Shown here: piece by piece, positions 8,022 to 21,853 of the stretch | Numbering within the stretch: the first letter of the stretch is position 1 | How the letters are laid out: each line of letters begins with the position of its first letter | Assembly: GCA_964291495.2 (NCBI GenBank) | Contig: OZ219871.1 | Location: forward strand, 1,248,001 to 1,312,000 | DNA: 64,000 nucleotides | Source: Dehalococcoidia bacterium | GTDB taxonomy: Bacteria; Chloroflexota; Dehalococcoidia; UBA2979 | Direction of reading: 5' to 3' | Position numbers and translations under genes: made by a program | Notes under the pieces: generated by a model | The model's database searches: none | Told to the model about the DNA's origin: nothing | Seen by the model: the letters and a program-made list of their open reading frames with translations, nothing else

Positions 8022-8684
8022 ATGGCCACTTCCGAGACCGCGGCCTCCGAAGTCACGACGCCTCCCGAGGGAGCACGGATCGCGATCCGCCCGCTCGCGC
8101 CCGCCGACGTGCGCGCGGTGCGGCGGCTGGAGCGCGCCGCCTACGGATCCGCCAACCCGCGCACCGCGTTCGAGCGCGAGCTGCGCAACGGCCTCGCGAG
8201 CTACCTCGCCGCCGTTGACGCCACGCCCGGCGCCGCGCCCGGCGCCGCGCCACCGGCGCGACGAGGACCGCTCGCCTGGCTCCGACGGCGCCTCGGAGCT
8301 GCCGAGGGGCCGCCGATCCTCGGCTTCGCGGGCGCCTGGTACACGCACGAGCAGCTGCACCTGGTGACGCTCGCCGTCGATCCGCGGGCGCAGCGGCGGG
8401 GGATCGGGCTCGCGCTGGTGCTCGCCGTCTGCGACCTGGCGATCGAGGCCGAACTCGACAGCATCGCGCTGGAGGTGCGCGCCTCGAACGCGGGGGCGAT
8501 GCGGCTCTACAAGCGCTGCGGCTTCCGGCGCGTCGGGCGGCTGCGCAGCTACTACAGCGACAACGGCGAGGACGCGATCGTGATGCTGCTCGACGGGCTC
8601 ACCGCGCCCGAGCCGCCGGAGGCGCTGACCCTCGCGCGCCGCGCACGCGACGCTGCCGGTCGCACGGTGGGCGAGGAGGGCTGA
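8022..8684 (+). CDS. rimI: Ribosomal protein S18 alanine N-acetyltransferase (GNAT)
   Basis: HLVTLAVDPRAQRRGIG, LEVRASN..AMRLYKRCGF..RSYYSDNGEDAIVM. Confidence 0.9.
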   Translation: MATSETAASEVTTPPEGARIAIRPLAPADVRAVRRLERAAYGSANPRTAFERELRNGLASYLAAVDATPGAAPGAAPPARRGPLAWLRRRLGAAEGPPILGFAGAWYTHEQLHLVTLAVDPRAQRRGIGLALVLAVCDLAIEAELDSIALEVRASNAGAMRLYKRCGFRRVGRLRSYYSDNGEDAIVMLLDGLTAPEPPEALTLARRARDAAGRTVGEEG

Positions 8685-8705
8685 GGTGCGCGGCGGAAGC
8701 CGGAC

Positions 8706-8748
8706 CTCCCTCACCCTCCGCCCTCTCCCTCGGGGAGAGGGGACCGGA
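8706..8748 (+). repeat. BoxC/REP-like palindromic intergenic repeat, copy 1
   Basis: CTCCCTCACCCTCCGCCCTCTCCC-TCG-GGGAGAGGGGACCGGA; related copies at 21.5-21.7 kb and 42.6-42.7 kb. Confidence 0.8.
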
Positions 8749-8797
8749 CGGCTCTCGGAGGGTCCGGGTCAGTGTGCCGGGGGGCGGCGGCCGCGGG

Positions 8798-9112
8798 TTA
8801 CGAGGCGGCAGCGGCCTCCTCGGCCTCTTCGAGCTCGGCCGCCGGGTCGTGGACGTAGCGCAGGTAGCGGTCGTCGCGCTCGCCGAGGAGCACGAGCATG
8901 CCGTCGGCCTCCTGCTCGCGCACCCAGCCGGCGAGGCTCGCGCTGTGGCCGAAGATCAGGAAGGTCTCGCCGGTGAAGGAGAAGCGGCGGCCGTTGACGG
9001 TAACGTAGAAGGGCGGCGGCCCGTCGTCCCCGTTGAAGTTCAGGACGAACACGTCGGCGTCTCCCTCGGAGAGCACCGTCAGGTCATCGAAACCGACTTC
9101 GACCTCGCTCAC
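8798..9112 (-). CDS. Small acidic hypothetical protein
   Basis: GTG at 9112 after GGGAGG; host-like codon usage; VSEVEVGFDDL..RYLRYVHDP. Confidence 0.65.
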   Translation of the reverse strand: MSEVEVGFDDLTVLSEGDADVFVLNFNGDDGPPPFYVTVNGRRFSFTGETFLIFGHSASLAGWVREQEADGMLVLLGERDDRYLRYVHDPAAELEEAEEAAAAS

Positions 9113-9173
9113 CTTCGCCTCCCTCGGCCTCCCGCGCGCGGGCGATCGCGCCGCCGATGATACGGTCGTTCCC

Positions 9174-9656
9174 CTACGAGGGGCCAGCGTCCGCCTCGAT
9201 CTCACGAGGCGCCGCGCGCAGGTCCGGTGCGGCGAGCAGCATCAGCAGCGTCACGATCACCGCGGAGCCGACGCACCACACGCAGATCGCCTCGATCTCG
9301 AACAGCTCGAGCCACGTGAGGTACGCGGAGTAGAGCGTGCCGCCGAGGGCGAGCGCGAAGGTCAGGCCGGCCAGTGCCTGCGGCGGCGTTTCGCCGCCGC
9401 GCAGCTCGGCCCACCAGCGCCGCGCCGCGACCAGCGCGAGCAGCGCGAGGTACATCCCGAGGCCGAGCACCGCGATCGGCACGCCGGCGATCTCGGCGAA
9501 CTCGGAACCCTGCACCGTCTGGCAGTCGCCGACGCCGGAGCAGGCCGCCTCTTGCCCCTCATCGAGGGCGACCCAGCTGAGGTAGCCGGCCACCGCGACG
9601 CCGGCGATCGCGAGCGCGAGCAGCAGGTCGTGGCGGCGTGCGAGCAGGAAGGTCAC
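9174..9656 (-). CDS. Vitamin K epoxide reductase (VKOR) family disulfide bond formation protein
   Basis: ACSGVGDCQTVQGS loop cysteines, CVWC active site, four hydrophobic helices. Confidence 0.92.
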   Translation of the reverse strand: MTFLLARRHDLLLALAIAGVAVAGYLSWVALDEGQEAACSGVGDCQTVQGSEFAEIAGVPIAVLGLGMYLALLALVAARRWWAELRGGETPPQALAGLTFALALGGTLYSAYLTWLELFEIEAICVWCVGSAVIVTLLMLLAAPDLRAAPREIEADAGPS

Positions 9657-9668
9657 GGCCCAGGGCGG

Positions 9669-10487
9669 CTAGCTGCCGTCGTCCGGCACGAGGCGATCAA
9701 TCACCTCGCGGAAGCGCTCGATCGGCTGGGCGCCGGGAACCACTTGCCCGTTGATCAGGAAGTTCGGGGTCGACAACCTGCCGAGCAGACCCTGGAGCAC
9801 CTGGGCGGACTGCCGGGCCTCCTCCTCGACGATCAGCTCCTTGATGCCGGACTCGACGCAGTCATCGAACCTGCCGAGGTCGAAGGCGCCCTCGGGCAGC
9901 TGCGCAGCGACCTCGCGCGCGAAGTTCTTGAGGTTGCCCTCGGAAGCCCAGCCGGCGCGGCCCTGGCGCTGGAAGAGCACGTCGTGATACGGCCAGAAGA
10001 GGTTCTGGTCGACGGCGCACTCGGAGGCCGCGGCGGCGTTGACCGAGTCCGGTCCGAGCAGCGGGAGGTGCCGGAACTCGATCGAGACGAGGCCCTGGTT
10101 GATGTACTCCTCCTCGATCAGCGGCTTGGTGTCGCGGCTGAAGTCGCCGCAGTGCCCGCAGGTGAAGTCCTCGTAAGCGACGATGCGCACCGGCGCGTCC
10201 GGGCTCCCGAGCTGCTTCCCGTCGACGGGCGCCGACGATCCGCGGTACTCGAACTCGAGATCCCCGGCGGCGTTGCTGCCGCCGGGGCGATTGAACCAGA
10301 TCAGCGCCGCGACGATGACGACGGTCGCAACGACGATGCCGATGGTGAGGAAGCCGCCGAACGAGTCGATCGTCGCCTTTAGGCCGCGGCCCTCTTGCTG
10401 CGTCTGCTGCTCGGCCTGCTGTTCCTGGGACTGCTGCCCCGCACCCGGTCCTCCTCGGCGGCGGCGACGACGGCGACGACTACCCAC
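9669..10487 (-). CDS. Membrane-anchored DsbA/BdbD-type thiol-disulfide oxidoreductase
   Basis: LGSPDAPVRIVAYEDFTCGHC, STPNFLING, GAQP; N-terminal TM helix. Confidence 0.9.
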   Translation of the reverse strand: MGSRRRRRRRRGGPGAGQQSQEQQAEQQTQQEGRGLKATIDSFGGFLTIGIVVATVVIVAALIWFNRPGGSNAAGDLEFEYRGSSAPVDGKQLGSPDAPVRIVAYEDFTCGHCGDFSRDTKPLIEEEYINQGLVSIEFRHLPLLGPDSVNAAAASECAVDQNLFWPYHDVLFQRQGRAGWASEGNLKNFAREVAAQLPEGAFDLGRFDDCVESGIKELIVEEEARQSAQVLQGLLGRLSTPNFLINGQVVPGAQPIERFREVIDRLVPDDGS

Positions 10488-10594
10488 GATGCCTCCGTGC
10501 GCTCACTCCCGGCGGGACGCTGGTGGCCGCTTCGATTATCCGGCGAGGGCGGGGGGCGGGCAACGGCGGGGCGCTGCCCACCCCGGCTGGATGC

Positions 10595-13033
<2,439 letters not shown>

Positions 13034-13078
13034 CGCCGCATCACCCTTCGCACCACGTCGCGTCCCGTCGTCTCGTGA

Positions 13079-13423
13079 TCAGCGCTGGCCGCGGCGCGGC
13101 GTGCGCTCCGGCAGCATCGAGCGCAGCCGATCGAGCTCGGCGCGCGTGTCATCCAGTTCGGCCTGCAGATCCTCGACGCGGCGGCTGAGCCGCAGCAGCA
13201 CCTCGGCTCCCGCGAGGTTCACGCCGAGATCCTCGACGTACTGGCGCAGCCGCCGGAGCACCTCGACGTCGCGCTGCGAGTAGAGGCGCTGGTTGCCGGC
13301 GCTGCGCGCGGGAGCGACGAAGCCCATCCGCTCGTAGGTGCGCAGCGTCTGCTGGTGAACGCCCACCATGCGCGCCACCACCGAGATCTGGAAGACCGGC
13401 TCGTCCTGCGGAATGTTGGTCAT
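13079..13423 (-). CDS. hspR: MerR-family heat shock repressor HspR
   Basis: PVFQISVVARMVGVHQQTLRTYER..RSAGNQRLYS..LGVNLAG. Confidence 0.88.
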   Translation of the reverse strand: MTNIPQDEPVFQISVVARMVGVHQQTLRTYERMGFVAPARSAGNQRLYSQRDVEVLRRLRQYVEDLGVNLAGAEVLLRLSRRVEDLQAELDDTRAELDRLRSMLPERTPRRGQR

Positions 13424-13448
13424 GTGCTATCCAGTTCAGCGCGCCCGC

Positions 13449-14420
13449 TCAGGAGGCGCGTACATCCTCGACCGTGGCGGCCTCGGTCTCGCGTTCGCCC
13501 TCGCTCGCGCGCAGCTGCTCGAAGAGCGCGCGCTGCGCCTCGTCGAGCGGCTCGGGGAGGCGCAGCCGCACGCGCGCCAGCAGGTCGCCGTGGCCGCCGC
13601 CGGAGCGCGGCATCCCCTGACCCGCGAGGCGGAAGACGCGCCCGCCCTGTGTCTCCGCGGGGATGCGCAGCGCAAGCGTGCGCCCCTTGAGCGTCGGCAC
13701 CTCGGCCTCGCCGCCCAGCGCGGCGTCGGCGACGGGCACGTCGATCTCGACGTGCAGATCGTCGCCGCGGCGCTCGAAACGCGGGTGGCCGGAGACGCCG
13801 ACGCGCAGGAAGAGGTCGCCCGGGGCGCCGCCGCCGCGCCCCGGACCGCCCTTGCCACGCACGCGCACGCGCCCGCCGTCCTGAATGCCAGCCGGGATGT
13901 CCACCTCGATGCGCCGCGACTCGCCGCCGGCCTCGCGCAATTCGATGGTCCGCGAGGCGCCGTGGTAGGCCTCCTCGAGGCTGATGCGCACGGGATGCTC
14001 GACGTCCTCGCCGCGCGCGCGGGCGGGCCGGCCGGCGCCACGGCCGAAGAGCCCGCCGAAGAGATCCCCGAGGCCGCCGCCGTCGCCGCCGAGATCGAAC
14101 TCGACGTGCCGGAAGCCGCCGCCCGGGCCGCCGGGGCCGCCGCCGAAGCGGAAGCCGCCCGCGCCCTGGCGTCGCATCTGCTCCTCGATCTGCTCGGCGT
14201 TGCGCCAGTTGTCGCCGTACTTGTCGTAGGCGGCGCGGGTCTCGGCGTCCGACAGCACCTCGTGCGCGGCGCTGATCTGCTTGAAGCGCTCCTCGGCCTC
14301 GGCGTTGCCGGGGTTGACGTCCGGGTGGTGCTGGCGGGCGAGCTTGCGGAACGCATCGCGGATGTCCTTCTCGGATGCCGCGCGCGAGACGCCGAGGACG
14401 GAGTAGTAGTCCGTTGCCAT
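13449..14420 (-). CDS. dnaJ2: Class II J-domain chaperone (DnaJ2/CbpA-like)
   Basis: J domain with HPD, G/F region, C-terminal domain, no zinc finger. Confidence 0.9.
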   Translation of the reverse strand: MATDYYSVLGVSRAASEKDIRDAFRKLARQHHPDVNPGNAEAEERFKQISAAHEVLSDAETRAAYDKYGDNWRNAEQIEEQMRRQGAGGFRFGGGPGGPGGGFRHVEFDLGGDGGGLGDLFGGLFGRGAGRPARARGEDVEHPVRISLEEAYHGASRTIELREAGGESRRIEVDIPAGIQDGGRVRVRGKGGPGRGGGAPGDLFLRVGVSGHPRFERRGDDLHVEIDVPVADAALGGEAEVPTLKGRTLALRIPAETQGGRVFRLAGQGMPRSGGGHGDLLARVRLRLPEPLDEAQRALFEQLRASEGERETEAATVEDVRAS

Positions 14421-14453
14421 GAACGTAGTATAACAGACTGCCGCCTACGTTCA
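14420..14453 (-). promoter_or_regulatory. Leaderless extended -10 promoter of dnaJ2, bracketed by a 9-bp inverted repeat
   Basis: TGtTATACT 6 nt upstream of the ATG; TGAACGTAG (14420-14428) / CTACGTTCA (14445-14453). Confidence 0.55.
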
Positions 14454-14460
14454 CACACTA

Positions 14461-14481
14461 CCTGAGTTATCTACACTCATA
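14461..14481. promoter_or_regulatory. HAIR (HspR-associated inverted repeat)
   Basis: CCTGAGT-N7-ACTCATA versus consensus CTTGAGT-N7-ACTCAAG, between dnaJ2-hspR-clpC and hsp20. Confidence 0.8.
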
Positions 14482-14485
14482 TCTC

Positions 14486-14515
14486 TTGACAGAGCACACG
14501 CACACACCATAAAAT
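14486..14515 (+). promoter_or_regulatory. Sigma70 promoter of hsp20
   Basis: TTGACA-18 nt-TAAAAT. Confidence 0.7.
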
Positions 14516-14587
14516 ACGAGCGTGACAGGAGGGGCCCGGCGAGACCCCTCGATGAGCGCGAACAGCGCGTAAGGAGGCACCAGACAG

Positions 14588-15049
14588 ATGGCACACAACA
14601 CGAGCATCGTGCGGCGCGACCCGTTTACCGGCATGCGGCAGATGATGGACCGGCTCTTCGACGACTCCTTCTTCCGCTCCGGCCCCGCCGGCTGGCCCGG
14701 CGCCGCCTGGCGGCTCGAGGAGGGCACCCTGCCCGTCGACCTCTCCAGGGCCGACGGCGAGATCAAGGTCCGCGCCTCGCTGCCCGGCTTCAAGCCGGAG
14801 GACATCGACGTGCAGGTCCACGAGGGCGTGCTCTCGATCAAGGCCGAGCACGGCGACGAGCACGAGGCCGGCGACGAGCGCTTCTACCGGCGCGAGCGCG
14901 TGAGCGGCTCGTTCAGCCGCCGCATCGCCCTCCCCGGCGTCGTGCGCGACGCGGAGGTGGACGCGCAGCTGGAGGACGGCGTGCTCACGCTGACGCTCCC
15001 GCTGCCCGAGCAGCCGCAGCCGAAGCAGATCGAGATCCACACCAGCTAG
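14588..15049 (+). CDS. hsp20: Hsp20/alpha-crystallin small heat shock protein
   Basis: LPVDL..VRASLPG..RRERVSGSFSRRIALP..LEDGVLTLTLP; AAGGAGG RBS. Confidence 0.95.
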   Translation: MAHNTSIVRRDPFTGMRQMMDRLFDDSFFRSGPAGWPGAAWRLEEGTLPVDLSRADGEIKVRASLPGFKPEDIDVQVHEGVLSIKAEHGDEHEAGDERFYRRERVSGSFSRRIALPGVVRDAEVDAQLEDGVLTLTLPLPEQPQPKQIEIHTS

Positions 15050-15090
15050 TTCCGCATCGCGGCTTCCTCCCGGCCGCAGCGGCGCACAGT

Positions 15091-15122
15091 CAACGGCCCC
15101 GGGGCGAACCCCGGGGCCGTTG
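15091..15122 (+). terminator. Intrinsic terminator-like hairpin after hsp20
   Basis: Perfect 14-bp stem CAACGGCCCCGGGG-CGAA-CCCCGGGGCCGTTG. Confidence 0.75.
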
Positions 15123-15208
15123 CTTGTGTGCGCCACACTCGTTGCAATCGGCGCGTCGCGCCATGACACTGGGCGCCTGATTCCGTGTCTCAGGATGGAG
15201 GGACCGAG

Positions 15209-15748
15209 ATGGGCAGGGCATCCTACGTGCTCGGCGCGCTGGCGCTGTGCGCGGCACTGGCGCTGGCGGCGTGCGGCGGCGATTCGGGGCCCTCCGACGT
15301 GGGGGCGCGCGCCTCGGCGACGCTGGCCGGCCCGGACGGCGCGCCGATGGGTGAGGTGACGCTCACGCAAGGCCCCAACGGCGTACTGATCGAAGCGGAC
15401 GTGCGGGGCCTCTCGCCCGGCGCGCACGGCTTCCACATCCACTCCGTGGGCGCCTGCAGCCCGGACTTCAGCGCGGCCGGCGGCCACTACGCGCCTGGCG
15501 GCGAGGGGCACGGCCTGATGCACGAGGACGGATCACACGCCGGCGACCTCCCGAACATCCACGCCGGCGCCGACGGCGCGGCCCGCGCCGATCACTTCAC
15601 GGACGCCGTGACCCTGGACGCGGGCGCCGATCACTCGCTCTTCGACGACGACGGCTCGGCGATCATCATCCACGCGAAGCCGGACAGCTACGGCGAAGCC
15701 CCCGAGGCGGGCGACCGCGTGGCCTGCGGCGTCATCGTGCGAGGCTAG
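15209..15748 (+). CDS. sodC: Cu/Zn superoxide dismutase, lipoprotein
   Basis: Lipobox LAAC; HGFHIH, HAGDLPN, IIHA..D, RVACG. Confidence 0.93.
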   Translation: MGRASYVLGALALCAALALAACGGDSGPSDVGARASATLAGPDGAPMGEVTLTQGPNGVLIEADVRGLSPGAHGFHIHSVGACSPDFSAAGGHYAPGGEGHGLMHEDGSHAGDLPNIHAGADGAARADHFTDAVTLDAGADHSLFDDDGSAIIIHAKPDSYGEAPEAGDRVACGVIVRG

Positions 15749-16583
15749 CGAGCCCTCGCCCGCCGCCTCCGGCGCGGAGCCCTCGACGAAGCCTCGACCA
15801 CCTCGCGATCGTCGGCGTGCGGCAGGCGGACCTCGCGCGGTATGCGCTCCGCCTCCATGCGCGAGAGCAGCGCCAGCGCCTTGCGCGTGTCCGAGGCGAC
15901 GCGCGCCGGCTCCGCCAGGCGGAAGCGGAACTTCGAGCACCAGTAGGTGAACGCGCGCAACTGCGACTGCAGCGCGCGCTGCGGCAACACGTCGCCCGTC
16001 TCCGCCCGGTACTCCACCTGCAGCTCCGCCAGCGTGCGCCCGTAGACGCGCTCGTAGGCGGCGACGTCCGGCTGCGCGCTGCGCGGGCCGTCGAGGTTGC
16101 GCGCCTTCACCAGCTCCAGCTCGGCCTGCAGCAGCAGCACCTCCTCGACGGTGATCCCGTACTGGAAGTTGAGGTGCGCGCGATGCTTCTCGTGCCCGAT
16201 CGCGCGGGCGAACGCCTCCGCGCTGTCGTCGTACCCGCGCGGTGGCTTGCGCTCGAACAGCAGCCGCTCCGCCTCGGCGGCCGGGATCGCCTCGCCCGCG
16301 GCGTCGATCAGCCGCTCGGCGAGGCGCAGCCAGTCGAAGGCCTCGCCGCCGATCAGGTAGCGATAGACGACGCCGTCGGCTTCCTCCTCCGGCGTCACCC
16401 AGCGCGCGATCACGTCCAGCAGCGCCGGATACCACGGCTCGCCGCGCTCGATCGCATCGAGGAAGCTCCGGACGCCCTCGTCCGCCTCCAGCGGCGGAGG
16501 AGGCTCCGGGTCGGCGGACGAGGAGCCGTTCGCGGCGGCATCGGCGCCCGGCCGCTCGCGTGTCGCGGCTCGGCGGCCGGGGC

Positions 16584-16587
<4 letters not shown>
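15745..16587 (-). CDS. Hypothetical protein translationally coupled to secA
   Basis: GTG overlaps the secA stop; globular core WYPALLDVIARW..YLIGGEAFDWLRLAERL..AHLNFQYGITVEE..FTYWCSKFR..VASDTRKAL. Confidence 0.75.
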
Positions 16588-19175
<2,588 letters not shown>

Positions 19176-19195
19176 GCTGCCTCCTCAGGGGCGGT

Positions 19196-20167
19196 TCAGC
19201 GGAACAGGTCGCTGACCGAGCCCCCGGTGTGGATGCGGTGCATCGCGTCGCCGAACAGCGGCGCGATCGAGAGCACCTTCGTCGGGGCCTGCTTGAACGA
19301 CCCCTCGGCGAGCGGGAGGGTGTCCGTGAAGACGATCTCGGAGATCTCGGGGCTGTCGAGTCGCTCGAAGGCCGGCCCGGCGAAGAGCTGGTGCACGCAG
19401 CCGACGTAGATCGAGCGCGCGCGGTGCCGCCGCAGCAGCTCGAGGGCGCTCGCCACGGTGCCGCCCGTCAGGATCTCGTCGTCGATGATCACGGCGTCGG
19501 CGTCCTCGGCGTCGCCGATCAGCGTCAGCGCCTCGGCCTGCTCGTCGTTGCCGGAGCGCCGCTTGTCCACGATCGCCAGGCCGGCGCCGAGCCGCCCGGC
19601 GACATCGCGCGCGCCCTTCGCGCCGCCCACGTCGGTGGCTACGACGACCGGGTTCGCGAGGTTGAGCGAGCGGAAGTACTCGGCGAGTAGGGGCTGCGCG
19701 TGCAGCTCGTCCACCGGGATGTTGAAGAACCCCTGGATCTGCCCCGCGTGCAGGTCCATTGTCAGCAGCCGGTCCGCCCCGGCCACCTCGATGAAGTTGG
19801 CGATCAGGCGCGCGCTGATCGGCACGTGGGGCTGGTCCTTCTTGTCGGAGCGGCCGTAGGCGAAGTAGGGGATCACCGCGGTGATGCGCCCGGCCGAGGC
19901 GCGCTTCGCCGCGTCGATCATGATCAGCAACTCCATCAGCCGCGTGTTCACCGGCGAGCCGATCGGCTGGATCAGGAAGACATCGCGCTCGCGGATGTTC
20001 TGCAGGAAGCGCACGAAGATGTTCTCGTTCGAGAACTCGAACACCTCGCACTCGCCGAGTGGCATCTCGAGGTGGCGGCAGACCGCCTCGGCGAACGAGC
20101 GGTGGGCGTTGCCCGTGAAAACGGCCATCTCGCGAAACACGAACGCGCCACCCGATCCGCGACTCAC
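19196..20167 (-). CDS. prs: Ribose-phosphate pyrophosphokinase
   Basis: FSNENI..RERDVF, PYFAYGRSDKK, DLHAGQIQGFF; start uncertain (20167 or 20140). Confidence 0.95.
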   Translation of the reverse strand: MSRGSGGAFVFREMAVFTGNAHRSFAEAVCRHLEMPLGECEVFEFSNENIFVRFLQNIRERDVFLIQPIGSPVNTRLMELLIMIDAAKRASAGRITAVIPYFAYGRSDKKDQPHVPISARLIANFIEVAGADRLLTMDLHAGQIQGFFNIPVDELHAQPLLAEYFRSLNLANPVVVATDVGGAKGARDVAGRLGAGLAIVDKRRSGNDEQAEALTLIGDAEDADAVIIDDEILTGGTVASALELLRRHRARSIYVGCVHQLFAGPAFERLDSPEISEIVFTDTLPLAEGSFKQAPTKVLSIAPLFGDAMHRIHTGGSVSDLFR

Positions 20168-20315
20168 GGCGCCCTCTTCACACGCTCCCGCACAACGCGG
20201 GCGAGCGCCCCGGGCACGCCATACGCCGCCTGTCGGAGGATGGGCCGGGGCCAACTCGATGGTACCATGACGCACCCGCACGGCACGCAGCCGGCCGCCG
20301 GAGGTACGCCCCCGC

Positions 20316-21488
20316 ATGGACTTCGCCCTCACCCCCGAGGAAGAGCGTTTCGGCGAGGATCTGCGCGCCGTCCTCGCCGATCTGCTGCCTGCCGACTGGT
20401 CCCGGCGCGGCCTGATCGAGCCTGCCGACTCGGCCGAGCGCGCCGCCCTCGCGGAGCGCGTCGCGCGCGCCCTCGGCGAACGCCGCTGGCTGGCGATGGC
20501 CTGGCCGCGCGAGTTCGGCGGCCTCGACGCCTCCTACATGCAGCAGTACGTGCTCAACGAGGAGCTCGCCTACCAGGACGCGCCCGGCGGAGGCGGCGTC
20601 GGCGTCTCCTCGGCCGGCCCGGCGATCATGCAGCACGGCAGCGAGGAGCAGCGGCGGCTCTACCTGCCGCCAATCGCCGCCGGCGAGGACCGCTGGTGCG
20701 CGCTCTACTCCGAGCCGGGCGCGGGCTCGGACCTCGCCTCGATCCAGACGCGCGCCGTGCGCGACGGCGACGAATACGTGATCAACGGCCTCAAGACCTG
20801 GGTCGCCGGCGCCGAACACGCGACGATGGGCTGGCTCGCCGCACGCACGGACCCGGGCGCCCCGAAACACCGAGGCCTCTCCACCTTCGCCCTGCCGATG
20901 GACACGCCGGGCGTCGAGATCCGCCCGATCGAGAACCTCGCCGGCGAGCGCCAGCTCGCCGAGGTGCAGCTGCACGACGTGCGCATCCCGATCGAGCAGC
21001 GCGTCGGCCCCGAGCACCGCGGCTGGTACCACGTCGCCTCGACGCTCGACTTCGAGCGCTCCGGCGTGGCCGCCTACGCGCGCGGCCGCCGTCACATCGA
21101 GGGCCTCGTGCAGTTCGCGCAGGAGCACACGAACGAGGACGAACGCCGCGAGCAGGTGCGCTACGAGCTGGCCGACCGCTGGATCGAGCTGGAGGTCGGC
21201 TTCAACGTCGCGCAGCGCATCCCCTGGATGCAGACGCAGGGCATCTCGCCGAACCACGAGGCCTCAGTCTCGAAGGTCTACGGCGCGGAGCTGACGCAGC
21301 GCATCGCCGGCACGGGCGTGCGCCTCTTCGGCCTCGCCGGCCTGATCGCCCCCGGCGGCGCCGACGCGCCCGCGGGCGGCGCCTTCGCCCGCCACTACCT
21401 CACCTCGACCGGCGCGACGATCGAGGCCGGCACCTCCGAGATCCAGCGCAACATCATCGCCCAGCGCGGGCTGGGGCTGCCGCGTTAG
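20316..21488 (+). CDS. Acyl-CoA dehydrogenase family protein
   Basis: YSEPGAGSDLAS, INGLKTW, LDFERS, TIEAGTSEIQRNIIA. Confidence 0.95.
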   Translation: MDFALTPEEERFGEDLRAVLADLLPADWSRRGLIEPADSAERAALAERVARALGERRWLAMAWPREFGGLDASYMQQYVLNEELAYQDAPGGGGVGVSSAGPAIMQHGSEEQRRLYLPPIAAGEDRWCALYSEPGAGSDLASIQTRAVRDGDEYVINGLKTWVAGAEHATMGWLAARTDPGAPKHRGLSTFALPMDTPGVEIRPIENLAGERQLAEVQLHDVRIPIEQRVGPEHRGWYHVASTLDFERSGVAAYARGRRHIEGLVQFAQEHTNEDERREQVRYELADRWIELEVGFNVAQRIPWMQTQGISPNHEASVSKVYGAELTQRIAGTGVRLFGLAGLIAPGGADAPAGGAFARHYLTSTGATIEAGTSEIQRNIIAQRGLGLPR

Positions 21489-21549
21489 GGCCGTAGCCAC
21501 CCGACCCACAAGGCGCACCTGGCGAAACTCCCACAAGCCCGCTCCGCCC

Positions 21550-21684
21550 CCCTCTCCCTGGGGAGAGGGCGGGGGTGAGGGGGACGACTCCCGCGCCCCT
21601 CCGAAAGCGCCGACGGCGCAACGAAACTCCAGAGGGCGGATCCTCCCTCACCCTGACCCTCTCCCTCGGGGAGAGGGGACCGGA
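21550..21684. repeat. Inverted pair of BoxC/REP-like repeats (copies 2 and 3)
   Basis: Reverse copy about 21550-21583 and forward copy about 21643-21684 of the CCCTCACCC..CCCTCTCCC..GGGAGAGGG motif. Confidence 0.8.
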
Positions 21685-21853
21685 GGCGATGCGGTCGCGG
21701 CCCCCGAGGAGCGGGCTACGCGAGGGTCTCCAACGGCGGGAGCTGACGCCACCTCGCCATTTGACAGCCCTCCCCCGATCCGGCACTCTGCGGGCGAGTC
21801 CCGCACGCGCGTTCGCGTAACGACATAAGCAGATTGTCGGTACCCAAGAGCCG

